From a virus (Duplodnaviria; Caudoviricetes), in IMG/VR virus record IMGVR_UViG_3300031910_000041, positions 1-24,178 of that record: 24,178 bases of DNA. One strand, given 5' to 3'. Position 1 is the stretch's first letter; the number at the start of each line of letters is the position of its first letter. A model generated the notes under the pieces. The model was not told where the DNA came from, did not search any database, and saw only the letters and a program-made list of their open reading frames with translations. A program made the translations under genes and the position numbers. Positions 16,903-24,178 of the stretch are shown here, piece by piece.

Positions 16903-17121
16903 TCAGTCTTCGGCGGCCAGGGCGGCGCTCAGCGCGTCGGCGAGGGCCCGGGCCGACTGTTTGGCTTCCTCGCTGGCGTGCGGGTCGCTGCTGACTAGTT
17001 CGGCGTCGTCGATCGCATCGAGTGTGCGGCCCGCAAGCCCTCGGGGATGCGGGCGCATCGGCCGGTCGCCGACCTCGGCGATGGCGGCGGCCTCGGCTGC
17101 GAGCTGTTCTTCGGGGTTCAT
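16903..17121 (-). CDS. Hypothetical helical protein (72 aa)
   Basis: ATG 17121 overlaps the upstream stop (ATGA); last gene of the coupled chain. Confidence 0.6.
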   Translation of the reverse strand: MNPEEQLAAEAAAIAEVGDRPMRPHPRGLAGRTLDAIDDAELVSSDPHASEEAKQSARALADALSAALAAED

Positions 17122-17495
17122 GGGGTTCCTGTGATCGGCCAGTTGATTTTCGGGGGCCGCAGCTTGGGCTGGGCGACGTTGATGATGGTGTGCGGGGTGC
17201 CGTCGGCCGGCGCCAGTGCGGCGGCGTCGGCGTGGCTGCGGTGGTAGCTCCAGGTGGCGTGCAAGTTCTGCGACGCCCACACCACGAGGGCGATCGTCGG
17301 GGGGTGTTTGTCGTCAACGCGGGGCACGGTGGCGCGATGTTGGCGCTGCCACTGGCGGGAGCGACGACGGGCGCAGACAAGGCACTCCTGGGATCCGGCG
17401 GCGTTGAGCCGGACGTTGGCCGGCGACAGGGGGTGGCCGAGATGACACGTCTGTTGCCGGGGGCGGCCCACACGGGTGATCATCGCACCGATCAC
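17118..17495 (-). CDS. Zn-binding protein (TCxxGH...N...G..xCxxC motif)
   Basis: GTG 17495 overlaps the upstream stop (alternative ATG 17483); QTCHLGHPLSPANVRLNAAGSQECLVCARRR. Confidence 0.65.
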   Translation of the reverse strand: MIGAMITRVGRPRQQTCHLGHPLSPANVRLNAAGSQECLVCARRRSRQWQRQHRATVPRVDDKHPPTIALVVWASQNLHATWSYHRSHADAAALAPADGTPHTIINVAQPKLRPPKINWPITGTP

Positions 17496-17722
17496 GCGAG
17501 CCTTGATGCCGGGTGCTCGCGTTCGGTCCAGGCGATGGCGGCATCGCAGACGCAGCACGACACCCACTCGTTGGCCGCCAGGACCGCGACCGGGACCAGC
17601 TTGGCGGGCGGCGGCGCCACCGAACGCAACAACCACAAACTGCCGTCGTTGCGGGTGGTGATCTCGTCCGCGGAAATCTGCGCGGTGCGGCCGTCGAACA
17701 AGGTGACTGTCCAGATGGTCAT
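17492..17722 (-). CDS. Hypothetical small beta-rich protein (76 aa)
   Basis: ATG 17722 with GAGG RBS and ATGA overlap; MTIWTVTLFDGRTAQISADE. Confidence 0.65.
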   Translation of the reverse strand: MTIWTVTLFDGRTAQISADEITTRNDGSLWLLRSVAPPPAKLVPVAVLAANEWVSCCVCDAAIAWTEREHPASRLA

Positions 17723-17991
17723 GCGGTCCTCTTTTCGGGGGTGTCGAGCACGAACCACGCGGCCGCTCGGGTGGCCAGCAGCAGATCGTGGTCGTAAAGG
17801 TCGTGCCAGGACTTGGGGCAGTGCGGGAAGTAGACCGCGTGCAAGTCACGGCGCTCCGTGCAGCGCCCGCACAGCAGCCGGGCGCCGTCGGTCAGCACAA
17901 AGTGCAAGCGGCGCCGGCCGATCCGTTTACCGCATTCGTCGCAGCGCAGCGCGGGCGCCGGGCCAGCGCCCCAAGGCCATCGGTCGGTCAT
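17719..17991 (-). CDS. Putative zinc-finger protein (90 aa)
   Basis: AAAGGA RBS; CDEC...CGRC and H/C-rich tail. Confidence 0.65.
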   Translation of the reverse strand: MTDRWPWGAGPAPALRCDECGKRIGRRRLHFVLTDGARLLCGRCTERRDLHAVYFPHCPKSWHDLYDHDLLLATRAAAWFVLDTPEKRTA

Positions 17992-18009
17992 ACGGAAAAT
18001 TCCTTTCAG

Positions 18010-19380
18010 TCAGAACGCGGGGTTTGCTGGGCAGTCGTCGCGGTGGCCTTGCTTCTCGATGTGCCAGCCGCATTCGGGGCAGCGGCCGGGGCCGGTCGGG
18101 GGGGCGAATCCGGTCGCTGCGCCGGGTTGGATAGGGGTCTCAAACAACCCGGAGAACCCGGATAACTCGGATAACCCGGATACATCACCAGGCGATCCGG
18201 CGCAATCTGCGCCGGGTGCGCCGGGTGCGCCGGGTTCTCCGGGTTGAATACGGCCTATTTTGAGTCGGCGCCAGACCGGCTCCAAGGTGGAGCGGACATA
18301 GCCGCGGGGGCCGCGGGTGTCGGGCCGGCACGATGTCACCTTCGCCGCCTGGTCGATCAGCAGACCCAATCTGGTCTCGGTGAGTTGTTTGCCGTAGGGG
18401 CTGTCGGCGCCCCAATAATCCGGGTGATGTCCGACGAGTTTGGCCACGAGCTGGCGGGTCGGCATGAACGGTTCACCCTCGGGCCAGATGATCCACAGGT
18501 CGCGCATCACGACCATGCCCGGCGGCAGTTTCTTCAGCCCGGCCTCACGCTCGGCCTTCTCCTGCGCCATATCCGCCTCGATCAACCGCAAGACGGTCTG
18601 CGGCCAGTGACCCCCGGCGGCGGCGGAGACCCGCGCCAATGGCCGCCACTTCTCCTTGCTCCGACCTATGCAGCCCGCGGGCAGATCGGCATCTATGCCG
18701 CGGATGTCGTCGCGGACTGCATCAGCGAAGGCGGCGATGCGGGCTCTCAGCGCGGCGGCCTCGTCTTCGATGTACTCCCAATCCGAATCCTCGATGCTGC
18801 CGTCAAGGTCGGGCATCAGCAGGATCCGGATCTGCCGCGAGGCGGTATCAGCGGGCAGGTTCGGATTGTTACCTGCCATCGCCAGCGGCGCGAACGTCGT
18901 CATTTCGTCGGCGTCCCAGCCGCCGCCCTTGGTGGGGATCAAAACGGGGCGTGTGGCGCCGTGGCGGTATCCGGTGTTGATGATGCCGAGCAGTTCCTCC
19001 ACACCCGGCTTGTCGGGGCGTAACGCCCGGTGCGCCTCGTCGATCAGGATGGTCCGCATCCGGTTCTCCAGCAGACGCGGTATCAGCGCCGGGGATGAGA
19101 TGGTGGCGGCCTGCACCGGGTCCACGCAGAGCCGGTTGAGGTGGTCGATCACGGTGGACTTGCCGCTGCCCTCCATGATCGAGTCGATCAGCAGCCGCGG
19201 AGTGGTGTACAGCTCGCGGACCAGGTGGGTGTGTACCGCCCACAACGCCAGCAAGTACAGGTCGTCGGTGTCGGTGACGGCGATGAACCGGACCCACCAT
19301 GTCACGAGGTCGTCGAGCAGCTCGGCTCCGTCGATGTCGCCGAACGTCTCCAGGTATTCGTCGGAGCGGTCCTCGGTCAT
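18010..19380 (-). CDS. DUF3631-like P-loop replication protein (resembles phiRv2 Rv2655c)
   Basis: ATG 19380 (ATGA overlap); GAELLDD, TPRL...GSGKS, ILIDEA, INTGY, C-term RGY; recognised from memory of the family. Confidence 0.85.
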   Translation of the reverse strand: MTEDRSDEYLETFGDIDGAELLDDLVTWWVRFIAVTDTDDLYLLALWAVHTHLVRELYTTPRLLIDSIMEGSGKSTVIDHLNRLCVDPVQAATISSPALIPRLLENRMRTILIDEAHRALRPDKPGVEELLGIINTGYRHGATRPVLIPTKGGGWDADEMTTFAPLAMAGNNPNLPADTASRQIRILLMPDLDGSIEDSDWEYIEDEAAALRARIAAFADAVRDDIRGIDADLPAGCIGRSKEKWRPLARVSAAAGGHWPQTVLRLIEADMAQEKAEREAGLKKLPPGMVVMRDLWIIWPEGEPFMPTRQLVAKLVGHHPDYWGADSPYGKQLTETRLGLLIDQAAKVTSCRPDTRGPRGYVRSTLEPVWRRLKIGRIQPGEPGAPGAPGADCAGSPGDVSGLSELSGFSGLFETPIQPGAATGFAPPTGPGRCPECGWHIEKQGHRDDCPANPAF

Positions 19381-19685
19381 GCGACCTCCCGCGGGATGTA
19401 GGCGCTGCGGCGCCAGAAGATTTCGGTGGCGACCGACGCCCACTCGGTCGAGGCAGATATGTCACGTGACGCCTCGGCGAGCGCGGTCTGGCCGGTTTCG
19501 ATCCGAAGCGCCCAGTGCTGGGCGGCGTCGAACAGGGCGGCGACCTTACGCGGGTCGGCGTCGTCGAGCGCGCACCACTCTGGGGTGCCGACCATCGGCA
19601 ACGGGCCAGCGGCATCGAGATAGGGCTGCAAATAGGGCTGCACCCACTCATGCACCGACCACCAGGAGACCGCGGCGCTACCCAT
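19377..19685 (-). CDS. DUF2742-like protein (resembles phiRv Rv2656c/Rv1583c)
   Basis: VSWWSVHE...GTPEWCALDDADP...AAQHWALRIET...AEASRDIS...YIPR; start ATG 19685 or TTG 19703. Confidence 0.85.
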   Translation of the reverse strand: MGSAAVSWWSVHEWVQPYLQPYLDAAGPLPMVGTPEWCALDDADPRKVAALFDAAQHWALRIETGQTALAEASRDISASTEWASVATEIFWRRSAYIPREVA

Positions 19686-19754
19686 CGCCGACCGCCAGAT
19701 CAAACTCTTCGCGTAAATCCCACCAACGAACCTGCTGCGAACCCCCGGCAGTCA

Positions 19755-20630
19755 TCAGACGCACCCGTCGCCGTCACCGATGCGTGCGATCCGCGCCAAC
19801 ACCTCGCGTTCGCTCTTTTCAGCCTCCTTGGTGATCCGCAACGCCTCCGGGTCGACGTTTCTCTCGATCGCAATTCGCAACAGATCGCGCAGCGTCGAGG
19901 ACGGCATGGCGTCGACCTCGACACAGTCCCCGAACCCGCTGTTGGTCTTGTCGGGCCGGGTGGGCAGATTCAGCCAGTCAATCTGCAGGGGTGTGACCGC
20001 GATCCGGAAGAATGTCAGCTCGATGTCGTCGTCGACAAACTCCTCCAACTTGCGGCAGATGGCGCGCCAGGCCTGCACGCCGTCGCGGTCGTGGTCGCCG
20101 ATGTTGTAGATCACGGCCGGGTTGCCCTCGGTGTTGATCTCCTCGGCCGTCTCCCACAGGAACGTCTCGGAGCTGTAGCCGCGCGAGATCAGCAGCGGCA
20201 CGTCGTACTCGGCGGTGACCGGATAGACCACGCCGCGGATGGCGTCTTTCTCACACCACACCTCGACGTGGATGCCCTGGTCGATCCACAGGTCACGCCG
20301 GTACATGCGGGCCGTGTTCTCCAGCGCCGCCTGGGCGCTGGAGAACGTTCGCGGCTTGAGCCGCAGCCGGGACCCATCGGTAATCCACTCGTAGGGGAGA
20401 TCACCACGGCGACGCATCTTCAGGGCTTGGCGCTGCACCACGGCGTAGCCGTGCTCGGTCTTGGGCACCAGCCCGCGTGACATGACGCGGTAGAACAGGC
20501 CGCGGACGGTGACCGGCTCCTCGGCCTCGGCGACCTCGTAGATGGCGGCGTCGATCTCGGCCAGCTCCGCCTTGGTCCTCCGACGCCGCTGACCGTTTAG
20601 TGCACTAGTCCCATAAACCGCGGTGCTCAC
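19755..20630 (-). CDS. Top6A/Spo11-like winged-helix + TOPRIM protein (Mini-A-like), 291 aa
   Basis: GTG 20630 overlaps the upstream stop; TVRGLFY, VEVWCEKDA, RGYSS, GDHDRDG, EVDAM. Confidence 0.75.
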   Translation of the reverse strand: MSTAVYGTSALNGQRRRRTKAELAEIDAAIYEVAEAEEPVTVRGLFYRVMSRGLVPKTEHGYAVVQRQALKMRRRGDLPYEWITDGSRLRLKPRTFSSAQAALENTARMYRRDLWIDQGIHVEVWCEKDAIRGVVYPVTAEYDVPLLISRGYSSETFLWETAEEINTEGNPAVIYNIGDHDRDGVQAWRAICRKLEEFVDDDIELTFFRIAVTPLQIDWLNLPTRPDKTNSGFGDCVEVDAMPSSTLRDLLRIAIERNVDPEALRITKEAEKSEREVLARIARIGDGDGCV

Positions 20631-20998
20631 TCGCCGGCCGCCAGTTCGTACAGGTTCTCGGCCAGGGCGCGGTCGCCGCCGCCGCGGCGCCACAACGCGC
20701 ACAGCACCTTCTGGGGAAGCAGCGGCGTGCAGCCGATGTCGAGGAGATGACTAGCGGCGGCGGCGCCGGCGTTAACCCAGCGATCCGACGGTGGCGCTTC
20801 GCCGCAATCGCAGGGCCAAGAGTTCGGGCATCCGCAGCGCAGCGGCCCGAGCCACAGCGAGGGGGCGTCGCGGTACCCGAGGTGTCGGGGCGCCGCGATA
20901 CCCTGTGGGTGCTGGTCTCTGCTGAGTGGTGACTGGCGACGGTGATGGTGGCGGGCGCTCTCAGGGGTGGGGGCGCCGCCCCTTCTGTCAGGCGGCAT
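20627..20998 (-). CDS. Cys-rich hypothetical protein
   Basis: PLRCGCPNSWPCDC...ALWRRGGGDRALAE; stop coupled to the next gene; start uncertain. Confidence 0.65.
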   Translation of the reverse strand: MPPDRRGGAPTPESARHHHRRQSPLSRDQHPQGIAAPRHLGYRDAPSLWLGPLRCGCPNSWPCDCGEAPPSDRWVNAGAAAASHLLDIGCTPLLPQKVLCALWRRGGGDRALAENLYELAAGE

Positions 20999-21047
20999 CG
21001 CTGGTCACCCGCTTACGCGCAAGCCTTTTCGGCCTTAGGCACCCGTG

Positions 21048-21242
21048 TCATGCGCCGGGCTTCACGGTGCGCGCGTCCAAATACGCCCGGACGTCGGCCC
21101 AGCGGTACCGCACCGCGCGACCGACCCGGATATACGGCAAGCCGATCCCCCGATACCGCTGCTGCGCCAGCGTGGAGGTGGTGACGTTCAGAGACTCGGC
21201 CACTTGCTCAGGCGTGGCGAGCTGGTCGTCCAGTTTGGGCAA
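21048..21242 (-). CDS. Excisionase/AlpA-like HTH protein (64 aa)
   Basis: TTG 21242 after GAAGGA; LATPEQVAESL...GLPYIRVGRAVRYRWADVRAYL. Confidence 0.88.
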   Translation of the reverse strand: MPKLDDQLATPEQVAESLNVTTSTLAQQRYRGIGLPYIRVGRAVRYRWADVRAYLDARTVKPGA

Positions 21243-21357
21243 TGTGATTCCTTCCCTGTGGCACGTATGAGTACGTGCAACTAGTTCGACGAAAACACAG
21301 CCGAGAGATCCGGTCAAGGGCTAGACGAGTGCCGTAGATCTACGTTATCTTCTGTGA
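21243..21357. promoter_or_regulatory. Divergent xis/repressor control region
   Basis: Inverted repeats GCACGTA-N4-TACGTGC (21261-21278), AACTAGTT (21279-21286), CGTAGATCTACG (21333-21344); TAGACG-18-TATCTT ending 6 nt before ATG 21358. Confidence 0.65.
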
Positions 21358-22077
21358 ATGGATTCCACTTCGTTCCAGGCCACCGTCGGAGCCAACTGCC
21401 GCCGGATACGTGACACCCACGGCGTCACGCAAGCCCAACTCGCTTCCCACGCGCGCCGCGTCGGGCTGCGCTGGACCGCCTCCAAGGTCGGCGATTTCGA
21501 GAGCGGCCGCAACGCGGTCTATGCCCATGTGCTGTTCGCGGCGGTGGCGGCGCTGGACAACGCGGTGGCCGAGGCCCCCGGCCCGTTTCGGGTATGGCAC
21601 GCCGGCGGGACCATGACCCAGCGCAAACGGCCCCGGGTGTATCTGCACGATCTTGTCGGATCGGATGGCTACGTGACGTTAAACGACGATTTCGCGCCGA
21701 CGGGCGACACGCTGGCGGCGTTCTGCTCGGGCAAACCGTGGGAGCTGCACGGCGGCGACGACGGTGCCACCGCCGGGCGAACCGACGAGCTGCTGGGTCC
21801 GGCCCCCGGCGTGTTCGGCGAGCGCTACCGGATGCGCCTGGGCGACGTCGAAGACATGCGCCGCCGCGCCACCATCACCGACACCCGGCTGGCCCGGCGT
21901 CTCGGCATCGAGCCCGACACCCTGCTGGGCCTGTCCTGGCGGCTGTGGCACCGCCCGTTCAGCGAGGAACGCGACCGCCGCGCCGGCACCTCAGTCGGCA
22001 GACGCGGACACATAGCGCGTGCACTGACCACCGAACTACAAGCCGAACTCTGGAAGGACCACCGTGGCAACGATTGA
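21358..22077 (+). CDS. XRE-family HTH repressor (Stl-like position)
   Basis: N-term CRRIRDTHGVTQAQLA...WTASKVGDFESGR; divergent from xis and upstream of int. Confidence 0.8.
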   Translation: MDSTSFQATVGANCRRIRDTHGVTQAQLASHARRVGLRWTASKVGDFESGRNAVYAHVLFAAVAALDNAVAEAPGPFRVWHAGGTMTQRKRPRVYLHDLVGSDGYVTLNDDFAPTGDTLAAFCSGKPWELHGGDDGATAGRTDELLGPAPGVFGERYRMRLGDVEDMRRRATITDTRLARRLGIEPDTLLGLSWRLWHRPFSEERDRRAGTSVGRRGHIARALTTELQAELWKDHRGND

Positions 22078-23164
22078 GAAATACCAAACCGCGGGCGGCG
22101 CAACGCTTTACATGGTGCGCTACCGCAAACCCGACAACAAACAGACCATGAAACGCGGCTTCGCCACCAAACGGGACGCGCAGATGTTCGCCGCGTCAGT
22201 GGAGGTCGCCAAGGCGCGCGGTGAGTACGTGGCGCCGTCGCTGGGCCGGGTCAGCGTGGCCGAGCTGGGCGGGGCGTGGCTGGCCCGTCAGCGCGGACAC
22301 ATGAAACCCTCCGGGTGGCGCAGCTACGAGTCCGCGTGGCGGGTCCACGTGGAGCCGCGCTGGGGCACCACCGCGCTGGCCGACGTCCGCTACTCGGACG
22401 TGGCCGCCTGGGTCGCGCAGCTGTCCGCGCGGCGCGGGCCGGTGATCGTGGAAACCGCGGCCTCGGTGCTGCGCCGCATCCTCGACGACGCGGTGGCCGA
22501 CCGGCTGCTGGCGTCCAACCCGGCCCGCGGCGTCAAACTGCCCAAGCGGGCACGGCGCCAGAACGTGTACCTGACCGCGCAGCAACTGCACGCCCTGGCA
22601 GATGAGGCCGGCCGCTACCGCCCGCTGGTGCTGCTGCTGGGTGTCGGCGGGCTGCGCTGGGGCGAAGCGGCGGCGCTGCGAGTCGGTGACGTGGATTTCC
22701 TGCGCCGCCGGGTGCATCTGCACCGCAACGCGGTGGTGATCGGGCGCGAGGTCCACGTCGGCTCGTTGAAGTCGGGGAAGAACCGCAGCGTGGCGCTGCC
22801 CGGTTTCGTCACCGACGCGCTCGCGCAGACGTGTGACGGCAAGGGCCGCGACGAGGTGCTGTGGCCGTCGGCGACCGGCGGGTATCTGGCCCCGCCGTCG
22901 TCGAGGAATTCGTGGCTGTCCGGGGCGGTCGCCCGCTGCCAGGCCGCCGACCCGACGTTTCCCCGGATCACCGCCCACGCGCTGCGGCACACCGCCGCAT
23001 CGTTGGCGATCAGCGCGGGGGCCAACGTCAAGGTGGTTCAGCGGATGCTCGGGCACGCCAGCGCCGCGATGACGCTCGATGTCTACGCCGACCTGTTCGA
23101 CTCCGACCTGGATGCGGTCGCCGACCGGCTCGACACCCTGCACCGGCAGGCGAGGAAGCGATGA
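22064..23164 (+). CDS. int: Tyrosine integrase
   Basis: 366 aa; arm-binding N-term; GLRWGE, K, HALRH, LGH, DVY catalytic motifs. Confidence 0.96.
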   Translation: MATIEKYQTAGGATLYMVRYRKPDNKQTMKRGFATKRDAQMFAASVEVAKARGEYVAPSLGRVSVAELGGAWLARQRGHMKPSGWRSYESAWRVHVEPRWGTTALADVRYSDVAAWVAQLSARRGPVIVETAASVLRRILDDAVADRLLASNPARGVKLPKRARRQNVYLTAQQLHALADEAGRYRPLVLLLGVGGLRWGEAAALRVGDVDFLRRRVHLHRNAVVIGREVHVGSLKSGKNRSVALPGFVTDALAQTCDGKGRDEVLWPSATGGYLAPPSSRNSWLSGAVARCQAADPTFPRITAHALRHTAASLAISAGANVKVVQRMLGHASAAMTLDVYADLFDSDLDAVADRLDTLHRQARKR

Positions 23165-23325
23165 CCGCGACCCCGCTGCTGGACTGCCCCACCCCGTACA
23201 AGCACGCCTACCGCAGCCGGGGGCAGGCGCTGGCCGGGTTCGTCGTCGGCCCTTTCACCCGGGCGCACCGCCCCTACCTGTGCCGGTGCGGATACTGGCA
23301 CATCACCAGCAACCCGCTGATCTGA
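23161..23325 (+). CDS. Small Zn-finger-like phage protein (54 aa)
   Basis: ATG overlaps the int stop; C..P.K.AY...RPYLCRCGYWHITS. Confidence 0.65.
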   Translation: MTATPLLDCPTPYKHAYRSRGQALAGFVVGPFTRAHRPYLCRCGYWHITSNPLI

Positions 23326-23328
23326 AAC

Positions 23329-23554
23329 GTGCTCAAAATGTGCTCACGGCGTGCTCAATCGCACGGATATTCGGATCAGAAACCGCGTCTACCAGCGTAA
23401 ACGTCGGCCCCACGGTTGAGCCTCCTGTCAGGATTGAACTGTTCTGAGCGGTCCTGGTCAGGGGGTCAAACCCGGCTTGAACTGCAAAAAGACAATAACG
23501 TAGTTCGACAGAGACCTACAGAAATGTGCTCAGATTGTGCTCACGATGTGCTCA
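23329..23554. other. attP-like site: tRNA-derived core with arm-type repeats on both sides
   Basis: Core 23417-23441 (minus: CAGTTCAATCCTGACAGGAGGCTCA); GTGCTCA x3 at 23329/23340/23351 and x3 at 23526/23537/23548. Confidence 0.85.
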
Positions 23555-23705
23555 CGCCCAGGGGCGCTGAATCGCTAATCACAGCATTCCGGCGGATTGT
23601 CGGAAATTTCGGCGGAAAGTACGAAATTCCGGCGGAAAGTCAAAAAGCCCAGCGGATTACAGCCGATACGCTTCCCACATGCGAAATTGGGCCTCCGACG
23701 TCCAG

Positions 23706-23861
23706 ATGACCCCGTACGAACGCGACCGCGCCATCCTCGAGCTACGGCAAAAGGGCCACACCTACCGCGCCATCGGCCGGGCCGTCGGCATGGCCCCGTC
23801 CGCCGTCCACGCCGCCTACCGACGCCTGGTGGCCGGCGGACCGGGCACCAGAGCCCGCTAG
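23706..23861 (+). CDS. Stand-alone HTH protein (51 aa)
   Basis: MTPYERDRAILELRQKGHTYRAIGRAVGMAPSAVHAAYRRL. Confidence 0.75.
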   Translation: MTPYERDRAILELRQKGHTYRAIGRAVGMAPSAVHAAYRRLVAGGPGTRAR

Positions 23862-24125
23862 CTAACTTTGTGACAAAACCCCAGCTCAGAGACATTTGCT
23901 GGCGGGGTTTGCTGGTTAGCTGGCCGCGTTAGCCTCTTCGCTGGCAGGTAGCTGACCCTGTTTGCTGGAATCGCAGATTTCGGGTTTTTGCAGGTCACGG
24001 TGATCTTGATAAGCGGACTAAACTCCCGGCTGACATGCAGAAAGGCGTATTTTAGCTGCTCAGAGGGGGTGTTTTTGGTCGCTAAGCGGACTTTTGTCCG
24101 TTCCAGGGAGATATTCGGCGAGCGC

Positions 24126-24178
24126 CCATCGGGGGCGTGGGGGTAGCTAGGGACTTTGCAACCCCCATCCCCCTGTTT
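24126..24178. repeat. 53-bp direct repeat copy 2, putative cos region (runs to window end)
   Basis: Exact match to 14613-14665. Confidence 0.9.

Larger units (their letters stand above)
14613..24178. mobile_element. phiRv2/PICI-like phage satellite, 9,513-bp unit
   Basis: int-repressor / xis-rep-capsid divergent layout, no recognisable portal/terL/tail genes, bounded by the 53-bp repeat. Confidence 0.85.

Noticed and set aside
19755-20630. Wadjet JetD defence system
   Set aside because: No jetABC/SMC genes nearby
23417-23490. Complete tRNA gene
   Set aside because: Only the T-loop and 3' acceptor strand are present; the upstream sequence forms no D or anticodon arm
14613-24178. Classification as a full capsid-forming PICI (cf-PICI/EPIP)
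   Set aside because: No portal, terL, protease or head-tail genes recognisable inside the unit

Overview
High-GC, mycobacteriophage-like DNA made of two joined units. (1) 1-~14,600 (minus strand): a contiguous HK97-type siphovirus morphogenesis operon: putative terS, terL, small membrane protein, portal, prohead protease, major capsid, head-tail and tail genes, frameshifted tail chaperones, an Rpf-domain tape measure and minor tail proteins. (2) 14,613-24,178: a ~9.5-kb phiRv2/PICI-like phage satellite with tyrosine integrase, XRE repressor, Xis/AlpA, a Top6A/Spo11-like TOPRIM protein, DUF2742-like and DUF3631-like replication genes, and its own paralog of the helper major capsid plus the small post-capsid gene. 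I recognise no portal, terL, protease or tail gene in it. The satellite is bounded by an exact 53-bp direct repeat that looks like a cos region, and its att site looks like an intact attP (tRNA 3' fragment with arm repeats on both sides). It therefore seems joined to the helper at the packaging site, not integrated through att; an assembly join through the repeat cannot be excluded. Family names come from motif recognition, not database searches.
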